From an uncultured Alphaproteobacteria bacterium (GTDB lineage Bacteria > Pseudomonadota > Alphaproteobacteria > Rs-D84): a DNA stretch of 64,000 nt. The stretch is taken from the NCBI GenBank assembly GCA_944389535.1, contig CALXMS010000001.1, forward strand, positions 214,178 to 278,177, written 5' to 3'. The notes below the pieces were generated by a model. The model was not told the DNA's origin. It ran no database searches and worked only from the letters and a program-made list of their open reading frames with translations. How positions within the stretch are numbered: position 1 is the stretch's first letter; each line of letters opens with the position of its first letter. Shown piece after piece: positions 29,448 to 39,216 of the stretch. A program made the position numbers and the translations under genes.

Positions 29448-31057
29448 TTTACTTCCCTTAATTTTTCCTGAATTTTTGGGACAATAACTAAACCATCATC
29501 TGATAATTCAATGGCTCGCAAATATGCGTCGCGTGCCAATTTTTTGTCCCCAATGGCGACATATAAATCGCCAAGTTGTTCAAATAGTGACGAACAAGAC
29601 ACAGAAATCTCGCCCACGCGGGCTAAGACCTCAATAGCAGGTTCGACACCTTCTCGCACGGTTATAACATGTGCAAGGGTATCCCATGCCAGTATGTCTG
29701 TGGGATCTTGTTTTACAAGCGTCATGGCATAGTCATATGCATTTTCAATTTCTCGCCCTTCTGATGCCCATATCTTGGCCTGTAATGCTAATATTTCACC
29801 GTCTAAGGGTAACGTCTTAGCGGCTTCGTGTAAATCATCTTGGGCTTTTTTGATATCGCCAAACATGTAATAAATATGCGCCCTGCTCTTTAAAAAGAAC
29901 GCTTTTCCAAGATCCGTTAATTTTTCGTCTTCTAATGCTATGTTTATAACGCGTAAGGCAGAACGACGATTCCCTTGCTGGATGTTGTAAGCGATAAGCC
30001 TGTTTATAGCTGGTACGAATAATGGGTTTTCTTTGGTTGCTTTTTCTAATAGTTTTATATCCCCGCTTTTTTCTGCCTGTCTTAATACCGCGAAAAGATA
30101 GAATGGGCTATCTGTTTTAATATTATTGAAATATTCTGCATAATTGCCGACGTTATTATAGAAAAATTGACCTAAATAGTAATTTATCGCATCACTTTTT
30201 TTACCAATGTCGGGACTTGTTATTTGCGCAAAACGTAGCAATAAAATAGATAAGTCTGAATACATCATTATCTGCGTGTGTGATACCGTTTGAATCAAGC
30301 TGAAAGCCAGTTCGTTTTTTAACCCAGAAAACATAGACCAATCTGGAACGTTGTCATAATCTAACATATACATTCCGCCAGGTCGTGCTGTGAATTCATC
30401 ATGAAGTTTATGGGCAGAATCCATAAGATTGTTATGATTATAGAAAGACATTAAATATAAATAATCATTTATATTCATAAAATCTACGCGAACGTTCGAA
30501 AAGGATTCTGTTGCTTTTTTTATATCGCCCTTCTCTGCATAGATTTGACCGCTGATGAAATTTTTCCAAGAATCATTGGTAGGCAAGTTTTTAATAAATT
30601 TTAATGCATCCTTTTCCTTATCTACTGCCACAGACGCCCATACACGCAATGGCGCCGCTAAGGCGGACTCATCTTTTTTGTGCCGTTGATATAACGCATC
30701 CCAGTCATCTTTTTGAACAAGATATGCGTCATAAATTAAGCGAGAAGCAGCATTTTTTTCTTCTTCTAAAATAATCGCCTGCTCTGGCATTTCACCGCTT
30801 AAAAACTGGGATAAAAATTTTGTAGATTGAACCACGGGATAATCCGTATCGGTCAGCATTTCAGAGAATTTAGAGGCGTTTTTAAAGTCATTAACATAAA
30901 TAGCATGTTGTGCCGCAAGAAAAGCACCATATTTGCTATCCGGATAAATATGATTGTTTGGTAAATTATGCGCATTATGATACCATATTCCACCGGCAGT
31001 TATGATAATAACCGCCATAAGTAAAACGCCTATAAATAATGTTTCTGCTTTTTTCAT
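29444..31057 (-). CDS. Tetratricopeptide-repeat membrane-anchored protein
   Basis: N-terminal TM, YGAFLAA, C-terminal DTLA / LGDLY...A...Y..A TPR motifs. Confidence 0.8.
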   Translation of the reverse strand: MKKAETLFIGVLLMAVIIITAGGIWYHNAHNLPNNHIYPDSKYGAFLAAQHAIYVNDFKNASKFSEMLTDTDYPVVQSTKFLSQFLSGEMPEQAIILEEEKNAASRLIYDAYLVQKDDWDALYQRHKKDESALAAPLRVWASVAVDKEKDALKFIKNLPTNDSWKNFISGQIYAEKGDIKKATESFSNVRVDFMNINDYLYLMSFYNHNNLMDSAHKLHDEFTARPGGMYMLDYDNVPDWSMFSGLKNELAFSLIQTVSHTQIMMYSDLSILLLRFAQITSPDIGKKSDAINYYLGQFFYNNVGNYAEYFNNIKTDSPFYLFAVLRQAEKSGDIKLLEKATKENPLFVPAINRLIAYNIQQGNRRSALRVINIALEDEKLTDLGKAFFLKSRAHIYYMFGDIKKAQDDLHEAAKTLPLDGEILALQAKIWASEGREIENAYDYAMTLVKQDPTDILAWDTLAHVITVREGVEPAIEVLARVGEISVSCSSLFEQLGDLYVAIGDKKLARDAYLRAIELSDDGLVIVPKIQEKLREVK

Positions 31058-31083
31058 AGTTAAAATATGCTACAATAATCTTT

Positions 31084-31641
31084 ATGAATAATAAAGAAAA
31101 ATTTAATCGATACGCAGAACTATTACGAAATTGGTCTGTTCGTATGAATCTGGTTGCCCCAAGCACGTTAAACGATATAGAAAATCGTCATTTTGCAGAT
31201 AGTGCACAGTTGGCAGACGTTTTACCAAAAGACGCACACGTTATTGATTTAGGCAGTGGTGCCGGTTTTCCTGGGGTTGTTTTGGCAATTCTTGGCTGGC
31301 AAGTTGTGTGCATAGAATCTATAGGTAAAAAAGTTACGTTTTTAAAAGAAGTAAAAAAAGAACTAAAATTGAATAATTTGACGGTATATCATGGCAGAGT
31401 CGAAAATTTTATTTCTGCCCTGCCCCAAGATGATAAAATTGTTTTTACGGCACGGGCTTTCGCACCGCTTGTAAAAATATTAGATTATGTATCGGGTACA
31501 CATTATCCGTTGGTTTTATTAAAAGGCCGGGAAATACCGGCAGAAATATCAATTGCGCAAACAAAATATAAGTTTGATTACGATTTGATTCCGTCAAAAA
31601 CAGGAGACGGTTTTATAACTATAATAAAAAACGACCGGTAG
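31084..31641 (+). CDS. rsmG: 16S rRNA m7G527 methyltransferase RsmG (GidB)
   Basis: RHFADS, DLGSGAGFPG, ARAFA, LKG. Confidence 0.96.
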   Translation: MNNKEKFNRYAELLRNWSVRMNLVAPSTLNDIENRHFADSAQLADVLPKDAHVIDLGSGAGFPGVVLAILGWQVVCIESIGKKVTFLKEVKKELKLNNLTVYHGRVENFISALPQDDKIVFTARAFAPLVKILDYVSGTHYPLVLLKGREIPAEISIAQTKYKFDYDLIPSKTGDGFITIIKNDR

Positions 31642-31655
31642 TTTCATATGAAACA
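31640..31655. promoter_or_regulatory. parS-like palindrome 1 (AGTTTCATATGAAACA)
   Basis: Perfect 14-bp palindrome GTTTCATATGAAAC; differs from canonical GTTTCACGTGAAAC only at the central dinucleotide; next to rsmG-parAB. Confidence 0.7.
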
Positions 31656-31673
31656 ACAAATATTATATTGATA

Positions 31674-32573
31674 TTAGTGTGTTTTTTGGTTGGTAAAAAA
31701 TACTAAATTTGGTTGAACGGACTGGCATACAACGGAATCGACAGTGTTTAATAATTTTTGTTTTTGTGTTTGGCTTGCCGCATTCCATATGTTTGCGTTA
31801 CCGTTTTTTGATGTGAATTGCCATAATGGCGCCCATTTGCCCTGCTCTGGAATGAATGTCCAATAATCTGGTTTGTTGTGCAGGTCATAGAAAAAGAATT
31901 TATTTGTAGATTTGTTTTGTACCGCGTTTAATATTGTTGTTTTGTATATTCCTCTGCTTATTTCTTTTAAAAAATGCTCTGTTGCGCACTCTATTATTAT
32001 GTCGGCAATTTGTTGATTGTTAAAATCCAAAGGCCAAGTTAAATTTTGTTTTGTTGCTATTTCTGTTATTTGTTTTTCGGCTTTTTTTATAAAAAGTCGA
32101 TTCGTTGGAATAGAGACGCCTTTTTCATATTTATAGTCCAAGGCTTCGATTATTTCTGCAGCAGGGGCGATTATTTCATTTTGTGCCGCGATTGCGCCAC
32201 GCGTCATAGGTGGGTGACGCCATGTATCTTTGGTTAAATATGATTTAATAGCGTGTTCTTTTTCGTGACGTAATGTTAGCCTAAGTTGATTGTTATTGAT
32301 TGCACAAAACTGTTGTGTTTTGTTGTTTGTGCTGTTGGTTTTAAAGTATTTTAATATTATTTTATTAGAATTTGGTAAATACACGCCTGATGCAACCGGC
32401 CTGTTTTCTTTAACTATCTCGTCTGTTATTATAACCGTATCGGTTTTAATAGATAATTCTATAATTTTTTTATCTAATTTTTTTTCTTTGGGTAAAGTAT
32501 GACGCATTTGAGTGTTTGCGCAAAAATAAAGCACACAAAAAGACGCTAAATAATATATTTTTTTAAACTTCAT
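31674..32573 (-). CDS. Hypothetical exported protein with HExxH motif (putative zinc metallopeptidase)
   Basis: N-terminal hydrophobic segment, LRHEKEH, downstream NE...AE; own TTGACA promoter. Confidence 0.6.
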   Translation of the reverse strand: MKFKKIYYLASFCVLYFCANTQMRHTLPKEKKLDKKIIELSIKTDTVIITDEIVKENRPVASGVYLPNSNKIILKYFKTNSTNNKTQQFCAINNNQLRLTLRHEKEHAIKSYLTKDTWRHPPMTRGAIAAQNEIIAPAAEIIEALDYKYEKGVSIPTNRLFIKKAEKQITEIATKQNLTWPLDFNNQQIADIIIECATEHFLKEISRGIYKTTILNAVQNKSTNKFFFYDLHNKPDYWTFIPEQGKWAPLWQFTSKNGNANIWNAASQTQKQKLLNTVDSVVCQSVQPNLVFFTNQKTH

Positions 32574-32622
32574 GATATATACATATAATCAAAATAAAAG
32601 ATTTGTCAACTAGCGTGGTTTT

Positions 32623-32638
32623 TATTTCATATGAAACT
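32623..32638. promoter_or_regulatory. parS-like palindrome 2 (TATTTCATATGAAACT)
   Basis: Shares the 13-mer TTTCATATGAAAC with site 1; ~120 bp upstream of parA. Confidence 0.6.
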
Positions 32639-32757
32639 AAAAGTAATATTTTGTTTTTAGTTGTTTTTTTATGTTTTGTTTTATAATTGTCTTGACTGGA
32701 TTTGTTTTTTTATTCTATTCTTGGAATGTTAAATAAGATTATTAAGCAGGATTGATA

Positions 32758-33528
32758 ATGGTACAAATAATTGCTTTTGCAAATCAAAAAGGTGGTGTTG
32801 GGAAAACGACAACGGCGATAAATATTGCTGCGTCTTTGGCCACGATAAAAAAACGGGTTTTATTGGTTGATCTTGATCCTCAAGGTAATGCAGGAACAGG
32901 GCTTGGTTTTGTACGTGCAGCACATCCGCAAAGCGTTTATGGTGTTATTATGGGAACGGCCAAGGCCGCGGATAATGTTTTATCGACAGCGGTGCCGGGG
33001 CTGCATATAATGCCTTCTTCTATGGCACTTGCTGGGGCAGAGGTTGATTTGTTAGATATGGAAAATAGGGAATATCGTTTACGTAATGCATTGATGCCGT
33101 TGTACGAATATTATGATTATATTTTATTAGATTGCCCGCCAGCTATGGGTTTTTTAACTTTAAACGCACTTACAACTGCAAATAATGTGATTATACCTTT
33201 GCAATGCGAATTTTATGCTTTGGAAGGTATCAGTCATCTGGTTCGTTCTATCGGCGAGATAAAAAATAAGTGGAACCCGGAATTAGAAATTTTAGGTGTG
33301 TTATTAACGATGTATGATAAACGTTACGGTATTACGCGCGTCGTAGAAGAAGATATTAGAAAAACTTTCGGTGATGCCGTGTTTCAGACAGTAATTCCGA
33401 GAAATATTCGTGTATCTGAGGCACCAAGTCACGGTAAACCTGCATTGTTCTATGATTTTAATTCTAGTGGTGCGCAGGCTTATTTACGAGTTGCAACAGA
33501 AGTTATACAGAAAGTACAGGGAGAATAA
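32758..33528 (+). CDS. parA: Chromosome partition ATPase ParA
   Basis: NQKGGVGKTT, DLDPQGN, DCPP, PLQCEFYALEG, EAPSHG. Confidence 0.97.
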   Translation: MVQIIAFANQKGGVGKTTTAINIAASLATIKKRVLLVDLDPQGNAGTGLGFVRAAHPQSVYGVIMGTAKAADNVLSTAVPGLHIMPSSMALAGAEVDLLDMENREYRLRNALMPLYEYYDYILLDCPPAMGFLTLNALTTANNVIIPLQCEFYALEGISHLVRSIGEIKNKWNPELEILGVLLTMYDKRYGITRVVEEDIRKTFGDAVFQTVIPRNIRVSEAPSHGKPALFYDFNSSGAQAYLRVATEVIQKVQGE

Positions 33529-33529
33529 A

Positions 33530-34405
33530 ATGTCTAAATTTGGTTTAGGGCGCGGTTTGGCGGACTTAAATAAAGAAATGGGGACGATTCCAGATATTTC
33601 CATTTTGACCGGTGCAGAACGCGTAGTTGTAAAAAAAATACCTTTATCGCAGATTGGTGCTAATCCCGACCAACCCCGTAAAAAATTTACAGAGGCTGAA
33701 TTATCGGATTTAGCAGCTTCCATAAAAGAAAAAGGTGTTTTACAGCCAATTTTATTAAGAACTGTTTCTGGTCAGCCTTATATATATGAAATTGTTGCAG
33801 GTGAACGGCGTTTTCGTGCCAGTAAATTAGCTGGACTAACTGAAATACCGGCGCTGGTAAAGCAGATTACACCGGAAAACGCAATGGAAATAGCTTTGAT
33901 AGAAAACGTTCAAAGGGAAAATTTAAATCCGATAGAAGAGGGTAACGCATATAAAAATATAATGGAACGTTGCGGGTACGAATTACCTGATGTGGCTCGT
34001 TTAATCGGTAAATCTGAAAGTTATATAAAAAATATTATGCGATTAGAACCTTTGCCGAACGATGTTAAGCAAATGGTGGAAAACGGCGAACTATCTGCTT
34101 CACATGCCAGGGTAATTGTGGTTGCGGAAAACCCGTCTGAATTGGCCAGAATAATTCTTAATAAGAAGTTATCTGTTGCCGAAACAGAAAAAATGGTTAA
34201 GGGCGTTGCAAGAAAAACAACAAGTCGTGCATATGTTGCAAAGACGATAGATAGCGATGCTGTAAAAAATATTGAAACGAAAATATCAAAGGCTTTAAAC
34301 GTTAAAGTCAAGTTACAGGAAAAACGCGGTGGGGCAGGCAATATTATTTTATCTTTTTCTACGCGTCTTCAGTTACAAGAGTTGGTTGATAAATTAACAA
34401 GATAA
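33530..34405 (+). CDS. parB: Chromosome partition CTPase ParB
   Basis: LGRGL, NPDQPRK, AGERRFRA, IENVQRENLNPIEE; start MSKFGLG after SD GGAG. Confidence 0.97.
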   Translation: MSKFGLGRGLADLNKEMGTIPDISILTGAERVVVKKIPLSQIGANPDQPRKKFTEAELSDLAASIKEKGVLQPILLRTVSGQPYIYEIVAGERRFRASKLAGLTEIPALVKQITPENAMEIALIENVQRENLNPIEEGNAYKNIMERCGYELPDVARLIGKSESYIKNIMRLEPLPNDVKQMVENGELSASHARVIVVAENPSELARIILNKKLSVAETEKMVKGVARKTTSRAYVAKTIDSDAVKNIETKISKALNVKVKLQEKRGGAGNIILSFSTRLQLQELVDKLTR

Positions 34406-34437
34406 AAAAAATACCGGTAAAAACCGGTATTTTTTTT
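34404..34437. terminator. Bidirectional terminator parB/pal
   Basis: A8-TACCGGT-AAAA-ACCGGTA-T8. Confidence 0.85.
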
Positions 34438-34449
34438 ACAATTAAATAA

Positions 34450-34866
34450 TTATTTAACTGTTGTTGTGGCGTTACGATTCCATTTCCATACTTCTTCGCC
34501 AGTACCTTGAACTAATGGACGTTCTTTACCATAAGAAATCGTGGAAATACGAGATGAATCTATACCATCTTTTACCAATACTTCTTTAGCAGCGTTTGCA
34601 CGACGTGCACCTAATGCTAAATTGTATTCTGTGGAACCACGTTCGTCGCAGTTACCGGCAATTTGGATTTTTACATCACCATGATTCTTCATGTACAAAG
34701 ACTGACCCAGCAAGTTATCACGTGCTTCATCAGAAATTTCAGAAGAATTGAACGCGAAGAATACGCGCTGATCATTTAAATCGGCAGGTTCAACGATCGA
34801 TGAGCCACCGCACGCGGCCAATAGACCTGCAACACCAGCCAACATAGCAAAGTTTTTAATTTTCAT
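34450..34866 (-). CDS. pal: Peptidoglycan-associated lipoprotein
   Basis: Lipobox LAAC, GNCDERGSTEYNLALGARRA, ISYGKERP. Confidence 0.95.
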   Translation of the reverse strand: MKIKNFAMLAGVAGLLAACGGSSIVEPADLNDQRVFFAFNSSEISDEARDNLLGQSLYMKNHGDVKIQIAGNCDERGSTEYNLALGARRANAAKEVLVKDGIDSSRISTISYGKERPLVQGTGEEVWKWNRNATTTVK

Positions 34867-34944
34867 GAAAATACTCCCTTGAGTTTCTGTTGCTCGTGTT
34901 CTATTTTAGAATAAAAGGTTTGGAAAATCAAGGGAAAACAAGTT

Positions 34945-35751
34945 ATGAACGATTATGATTTAAGAGATTTGGTTTTGTCGGGCGTTAAATGGGAAATAAA
35001 TGATATGCCTATGAATCTGGATGCCTGTGTTCAAGGTGCTTTGATGCACCAAACGCCAGATAAAAAAAGTGCAGAAATAAAGAATTCTTCTATTAGCAAT
35101 TTAAAAAATGAGGGGCGTACTCATACTTCTATAGTACCGCCAATAGATCCTAAACAATCTATATCTGTTGATACTGCGGCGGCAATGGCGGCAAGACCAG
35201 TTGATATAGAATCTTTATGCAGAATGATTTCTGAATTTAATCATCCGTTACGTGGTGGGGTGACAAATGTTGTGTTACCTCATATTGCTATCAAACCAAA
35301 TGGGTTGCTTATAATTACTGATGTGCCTGGTGGGGAAGACGATGCATCAGGACATATTCTTTCGGGTGCTGCTGGTGATTTGCTGGATAAAATGCTGGCA
35401 GCAATTGGTATGACGCGTGAAAATGTATCTATTGTTCCACTAGTGTTTTGGCGAACGCCCGGTGGTCGAACGCCATCGCGAGAGGAACTGGATTTAGCGC
35501 GCCCGTTTGTAAACCGTATTATAGGTATGCTTAAACCCTGCATGATTTTAACGTTGGGAACGTTGACAGCCACAGAATTTGCAAACGTTTCTTTACCAAG
35601 AGGGCATGGTTTAACTGTTACTTTGGCGTCTGGTGTAACGGTTATGCCGATTTATCATCCTAATTATTTAATACTGAAACCGGCAGCAAAAAAAGATGCT
35701 TGGGATGCGTTGCAAATCGTTCAAAATTTGTTGAAAAACGCTGGTAAATAG
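34945..35751 (+). CDS. Uracil-DNA glycosylase family-4-like protein (active-site motifs altered)
   Basis: GAAGDLLDKML, WRTPGGRTP, YHPNYL, K..AW..L. Confidence 0.8.
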   Translation: MNDYDLRDLVLSGVKWEINDMPMNLDACVQGALMHQTPDKKSAEIKNSSISNLKNEGRTHTSIVPPIDPKQSISVDTAAAMAARPVDIESLCRMISEFNHPLRGGVTNVVLPHIAIKPNGLLIITDVPGGEDDASGHILSGAAGDLLDKMLAAIGMTRENVSIVPLVFWRTPGGRTPSREELDLARPFVNRIIGMLKPCMILTLGTLTATEFANVSLPRGHGLTVTLASGVTVMPIYHPNYLILKPAAKKDAWDALQIVQNLLKNAGK

Positions 35752-35787
35752 ATAATAATTTCCACATGACTTTAAAAGGAGCGTAAA

Positions 35788-36336
35788 ATTAAAACATCTT
35801 TTAACCGTGATAATCGCCGGGATACGGGCCCGCGCACGAATAATCGGATTTTTGCTAAATCCGTTCAGGTAATTAGTTCAACCGGGCAAAATCTTGGGAT
35901 AATGCCGACGGCGCAGGCGTTGCAATTGGCAACGGATGAGGGTTTAGATCTTGTCGAAATAAGTTCAAATGGGGACGTTACAATAGCAAAAATTATGGAT
36001 TTCGGTAAGTTCAAATATGAACAAAAGAAACGCGCTTCTGAAGCACGTAAAAACCAAAAAACTATAGAAATGAAAGAGGTTTGGGTAAAACCTTTCATTG
36101 AAGAAAACGATTTGAACATTAAAATGAAAAAAGTTTTTGAGTTTTTAGGTGAAGGCAATAAAGTAAAAATTTCTGTTATGACAAGAGGTTCTAAGAAGGT
36201 TTTAGCGCGCGGTAAAGATGCTATTCCTGAGTTATTTGCTAAAATTATGGAAATAGTAGGCGATAAGGGGACTTTGGAATCAAAATCTAAACCAGACGAG
36301 AGAACGAAGTCCATAATAATTGCCCCAGTAAAATAA
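35788..36336 (+). CDS. infC: Translation initiation factor IF-3 (ATT start)
   Basis: SD AAAGGAG then in-frame ATT AAA ACA...; NNRI, LDLVEI, KIMDFGKFKYE. Confidence 0.95.
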   Translation: MKTSFNRDNRRDTGPRTNNRIFAKSVQVISSTGQNLGIMPTAQALQLATDEGLDLVEISSNGDVTIAKIMDFGKFKYEQKKRASEARKNQKTIEMKEVWVKPFIEENDLNIKMKKVFEFLGEGNKVKISVMTRGSKKVLARGKDAIPELFAKIMEIVGDKGTLESKSKPDERTKSIIIAPVK

Positions 36337-36360
36337 AAGCCGCCGTATGGCGGTTTTTTT
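36335..36360 (+). terminator. Terminator after infC
   Basis: AAGCCGCC-GTAT-GGCGGTTTTTT. Confidence 0.8.
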
Positions 36361-36435
36361 AATCAAATAACGTAAAAAATCTTTGCCTTTTTATATTTCT
36401 TTTTGTATGGTTTCTTTATAATAAAAAGGTTTTAA

Positions 36436-36639
36436 ATGGACGAAAAAAAACTATCCTTTGAAGAGGCTTATAAGCAATTAACAGATTTAGTAAAAAAAAT
36501 GGAATCTGGTGAGTTACCTTTGTCGGATTCTGTTGCTGCATATGAACAAGGTATTAAACTGAAAGCATATTGCGAACAATTGTTAAAAGAAGCAGAATTA
36601 AAAATAGAGACTTTAAAAGTTACACCAACGCAAGCATAA
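36436..36639 (+). CDS. xseB: Exodeoxyribonuclease VII small subunit
   Basis: SFEEA...L..LV..MESGELPL..S...YEQG..L...C...L..AE. Confidence 0.95.
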   Translation: MDEKKLSFEEAYKQLTDLVKKMESGELPLSDSVAAYEQGIKLKAYCEQLLKEAELKIETLKVTPTQA

Positions 36640-36649
36640 TGGATTTATC

Positions 36650-39205
36650 GTGGCTGACAAAAGTAAATTGACACCAGTTATGCAACAATATGTTGATATG
36701 AAGGAAGAAAATCCTGATGCGCTGTTGATGTTTCGTCTGGGCGATTTTTACGAGGCTTTTTTTGATGATGCAAAAATAATCAGTCAAAATTTAGGTTTGG
36801 TATTGACTCAGCGCGGTACAGATGCCGATGGTGATAACATACCTATGTGCGGGATACCGTGGCATGCGGCGGATAATTATTTTGGACGATTAGTAAAGGC
36901 CGGTTTTCGTGTTGCGCTGGTGGAACAAATGGAAACACCCGCAGAAGCAAAAGCACGCGGACACAAATTTATAGATAGAAAAATTATTCGTGTTTTAACC
37001 CCAGGTACATTAACAGACGAAAACCTTTTAACGCCGAAGAATTCAAATTTTTTAATTTCCGTCGTAATGTTAAAAAATGGGCAGTTTGATATAGCGGGCT
37101 GTGATATTTCTACAGGGGAATTTTTTGTCGGTAAAACATCAGATATGATTGATGATTTAGTTCGAATAAACCCAGCAGAAGTAATATATCCAGAATCATT
37201 GGCAGAAAACGAAACGATTATAAAGGTAAGAAATACTTTTAAGACAACGCCTGTATACGAGAAACTATATCATCGTACGGATATAGATAAAATCGTTTAT
37301 AGTGTTTTTGGCGGCATAATTTCTGCGGATGTTGAAAAGGTTGATGATAATTATGATAGCGCCATAAAATTATTAGCTGGTTATTTATTTAATACCCAAC
37401 GTGGGGCGTCTATTACTTTTCGTGCGCCATACGTATATAAATCTGGGCGTCAATTGTTGATAGATTCTGCAACATGGAAAAGTTTGGAAATTGATGCACC
37501 TTTAAACGATGGCGGAATATGTCTTACGGATGTTTTAGACAATACGAAAACTGCTGCTGGTGCACGTAAGTTACGTGCGTATTTGCGTACATTGTCCGGT
37601 GATATAGAGGAGATAAAACGTCGTCAAGGTCATATAGGTCACTTAATGTTAAATAGTGATGTTATGGGGCTTGTTTCATCGACTTTGGCATCTGTGCCAG
37701 ACGTGGGACGCAGTCTATCTCGTTTGTTGTCAGGAAGGGGGACGCCGCGTGATATGCGTCATATTACAGACTTCTTGATAGAGTTACCTAATGCAAAAAT
37801 GTTGGGAACGCGGTTGGATGCTTTTTTATCGAATAAATTTGAAAAAATTAACACTCATGATGCGTTGGCGCTTGAATTAAGTTCCGCGTTAAGCGACGAA
37901 TTACCAACTTTTTTCCGTGACGGTAATGTAATTCGTTCAGGTTTTGATATATCTTTGGATCATATGCGAGGTCTTGCACACGGAGCAAAAGAGACAATTG
38001 CAGGGATGCAGGCTGAATATGCATCTTCTACTGGGGTTCATAATTTAAAGATTAAATATAATAATATTTTGGGGTATTTTATAGAAGTTCCAAGTGCGCG
38101 GGCAGAAGCTATGATGAAACCTGATTCTGGTTTCATACATCGTCAGACTATGGCTGGGAATATGCGCTTTACCACTGCGAAACTGATCGAACTGGATAAC
38201 GATGTGCGTAGTGCCGCAGAAAAATCTGATGCCATAGAGGCAGAAATTATATCAAAGCTTATTGAAAAAATTCGTGGTATTGCGGATGATTTACTTGCAA
38301 CAGCAGAATTGTTAGCTGATTTAGATGTATGGTATTCTTTAGCAGTTACGGCCGATAAATATTCTTGGGTTCGCCCAAGTATAACAGATGATGTGTCTTT
38401 CGATGTCGTTGGGGGAAAGCACCCCGTAATTGATTTTGTGTTGCGGAGTAGGGGGGATAACTTCGTTAAAAATGACTGCAATTTAAACGTTACATCCATT
38501 GCTCTTTTAACTGGTCCAAATATGGCGGGTAAGTCTACATATTTAAGACAAAACGCATTGTTGGTAGTATTGGCTCATTTGGGATCTTTTGTGCCGGCTG
38601 TACGTGCGACAATCGGTATTTGTGATCAGCTGTTCAGTCGTGTTGGGGCGTCGGATAATTTGGCCGCAGGGCAATCTACATTTATGGTGGAAATGAGTGA
38701 AACAGCAAATATATTACGTCGGGCCACAAGATCTTCTTTTATAATATTTGATGAAATAGGACGTGGAACATCGACTTATGATGGTATGGCCATTGCTCAG
38801 GCTGTTTTAGAGTATTTAAATGAATTACAACCAAGAACGCTTTTTGCAACCCATTATCATGAGTTAACTTCACTGGTCGGGTGTAAAGCAGGGCAATTAC
38901 AAAACGTTTCTTGTCTGACAATAGATGTGCGTGAACATAATAATGAAATCATCTTTATGCATAAAATTGTTGCAGGGGTGGCAAATCGTTCTTATGGGAT
39001 ACAGGTCGCTAAAATGGCTGGTATGCCGGCGTCTGTCGTGTCGCGTGCAGAAGATGTTTTGGCAGCTTTGGAATCTAATGATGAAAGATTATGTGAAGAG
39101 ATTAAACCATTTATAAATAAAAGCGAGGGAGCAACGGGGAACAAAAAAGAAACAAAAGTGTCGCAATCGCAAAATGCAAAGACGCAATTAAATTTATTTG
39201 GATAA
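36650..39205 (+). CDS. mutS: DNA mismatch repair protein MutS
   Basis: TPVMQQY, FRLGDFYE, TGPNMAGKST, STFMVEM, DEIGRGT, ATHYHEL. Confidence 0.98.
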   Translation: MADKSKLTPVMQQYVDMKEENPDALLMFRLGDFYEAFFDDAKIISQNLGLVLTQRGTDADGDNIPMCGIPWHAADNYFGRLVKAGFRVALVEQMETPAEAKARGHKFIDRKIIRVLTPGTLTDENLLTPKNSNFLISVVMLKNGQFDIAGCDISTGEFFVGKTSDMIDDLVRINPAEVIYPESLAENETIIKVRNTFKTTPVYEKLYHRTDIDKIVYSVFGGIISADVEKVDDNYDSAIKLLAGYLFNTQRGASITFRAPYVYKSGRQLLIDSATWKSLEIDAPLNDGGICLTDVLDNTKTAAGARKLRAYLRTLSGDIEEIKRRQGHIGHLMLNSDVMGLVSSTLASVPDVGRSLSRLLSGRGTPRDMRHITDFLIELPNAKMLGTRLDAFLSNKFEKINTHDALALELSSALSDELPTFFRDGNVIRSGFDISLDHMRGLAHGAKETIAGMQAEYASSTGVHNLKIKYNNILGYFIEVPSARAEAMMKPDSGFIHRQTMAGNMRFTTAKLIELDNDVRSAAEKSDAIEAEIISKLIEKIRGIADDLLATAELLADLDVWYSLAVTADKYSWVRPSITDDVSFDVVGGKHPVIDFVLRSRGDNFVKNDCNLNVTSIALLTGPNMAGKSTYLRQNALLVVLAHLGSFVPAVRATIGICDQLFSRVGASDNLAAGQSTFMVEMSETANILRRATRSSFIIFDEIGRGTSTYDGMAIAQAVLEYLNELQPRTLFATHYHELTSLVGCKAGQLQNVSCLTIDVREHNNEIIFMHKIVAGVANRSYGIQVAKMAGMPASVVSRAEDVLAALESNDERLCEEIKPFINKSEGATGNKKETKVSQSQNAKTQLNLFG

Positions 39206-39216
39206 AAGGAAAACAA

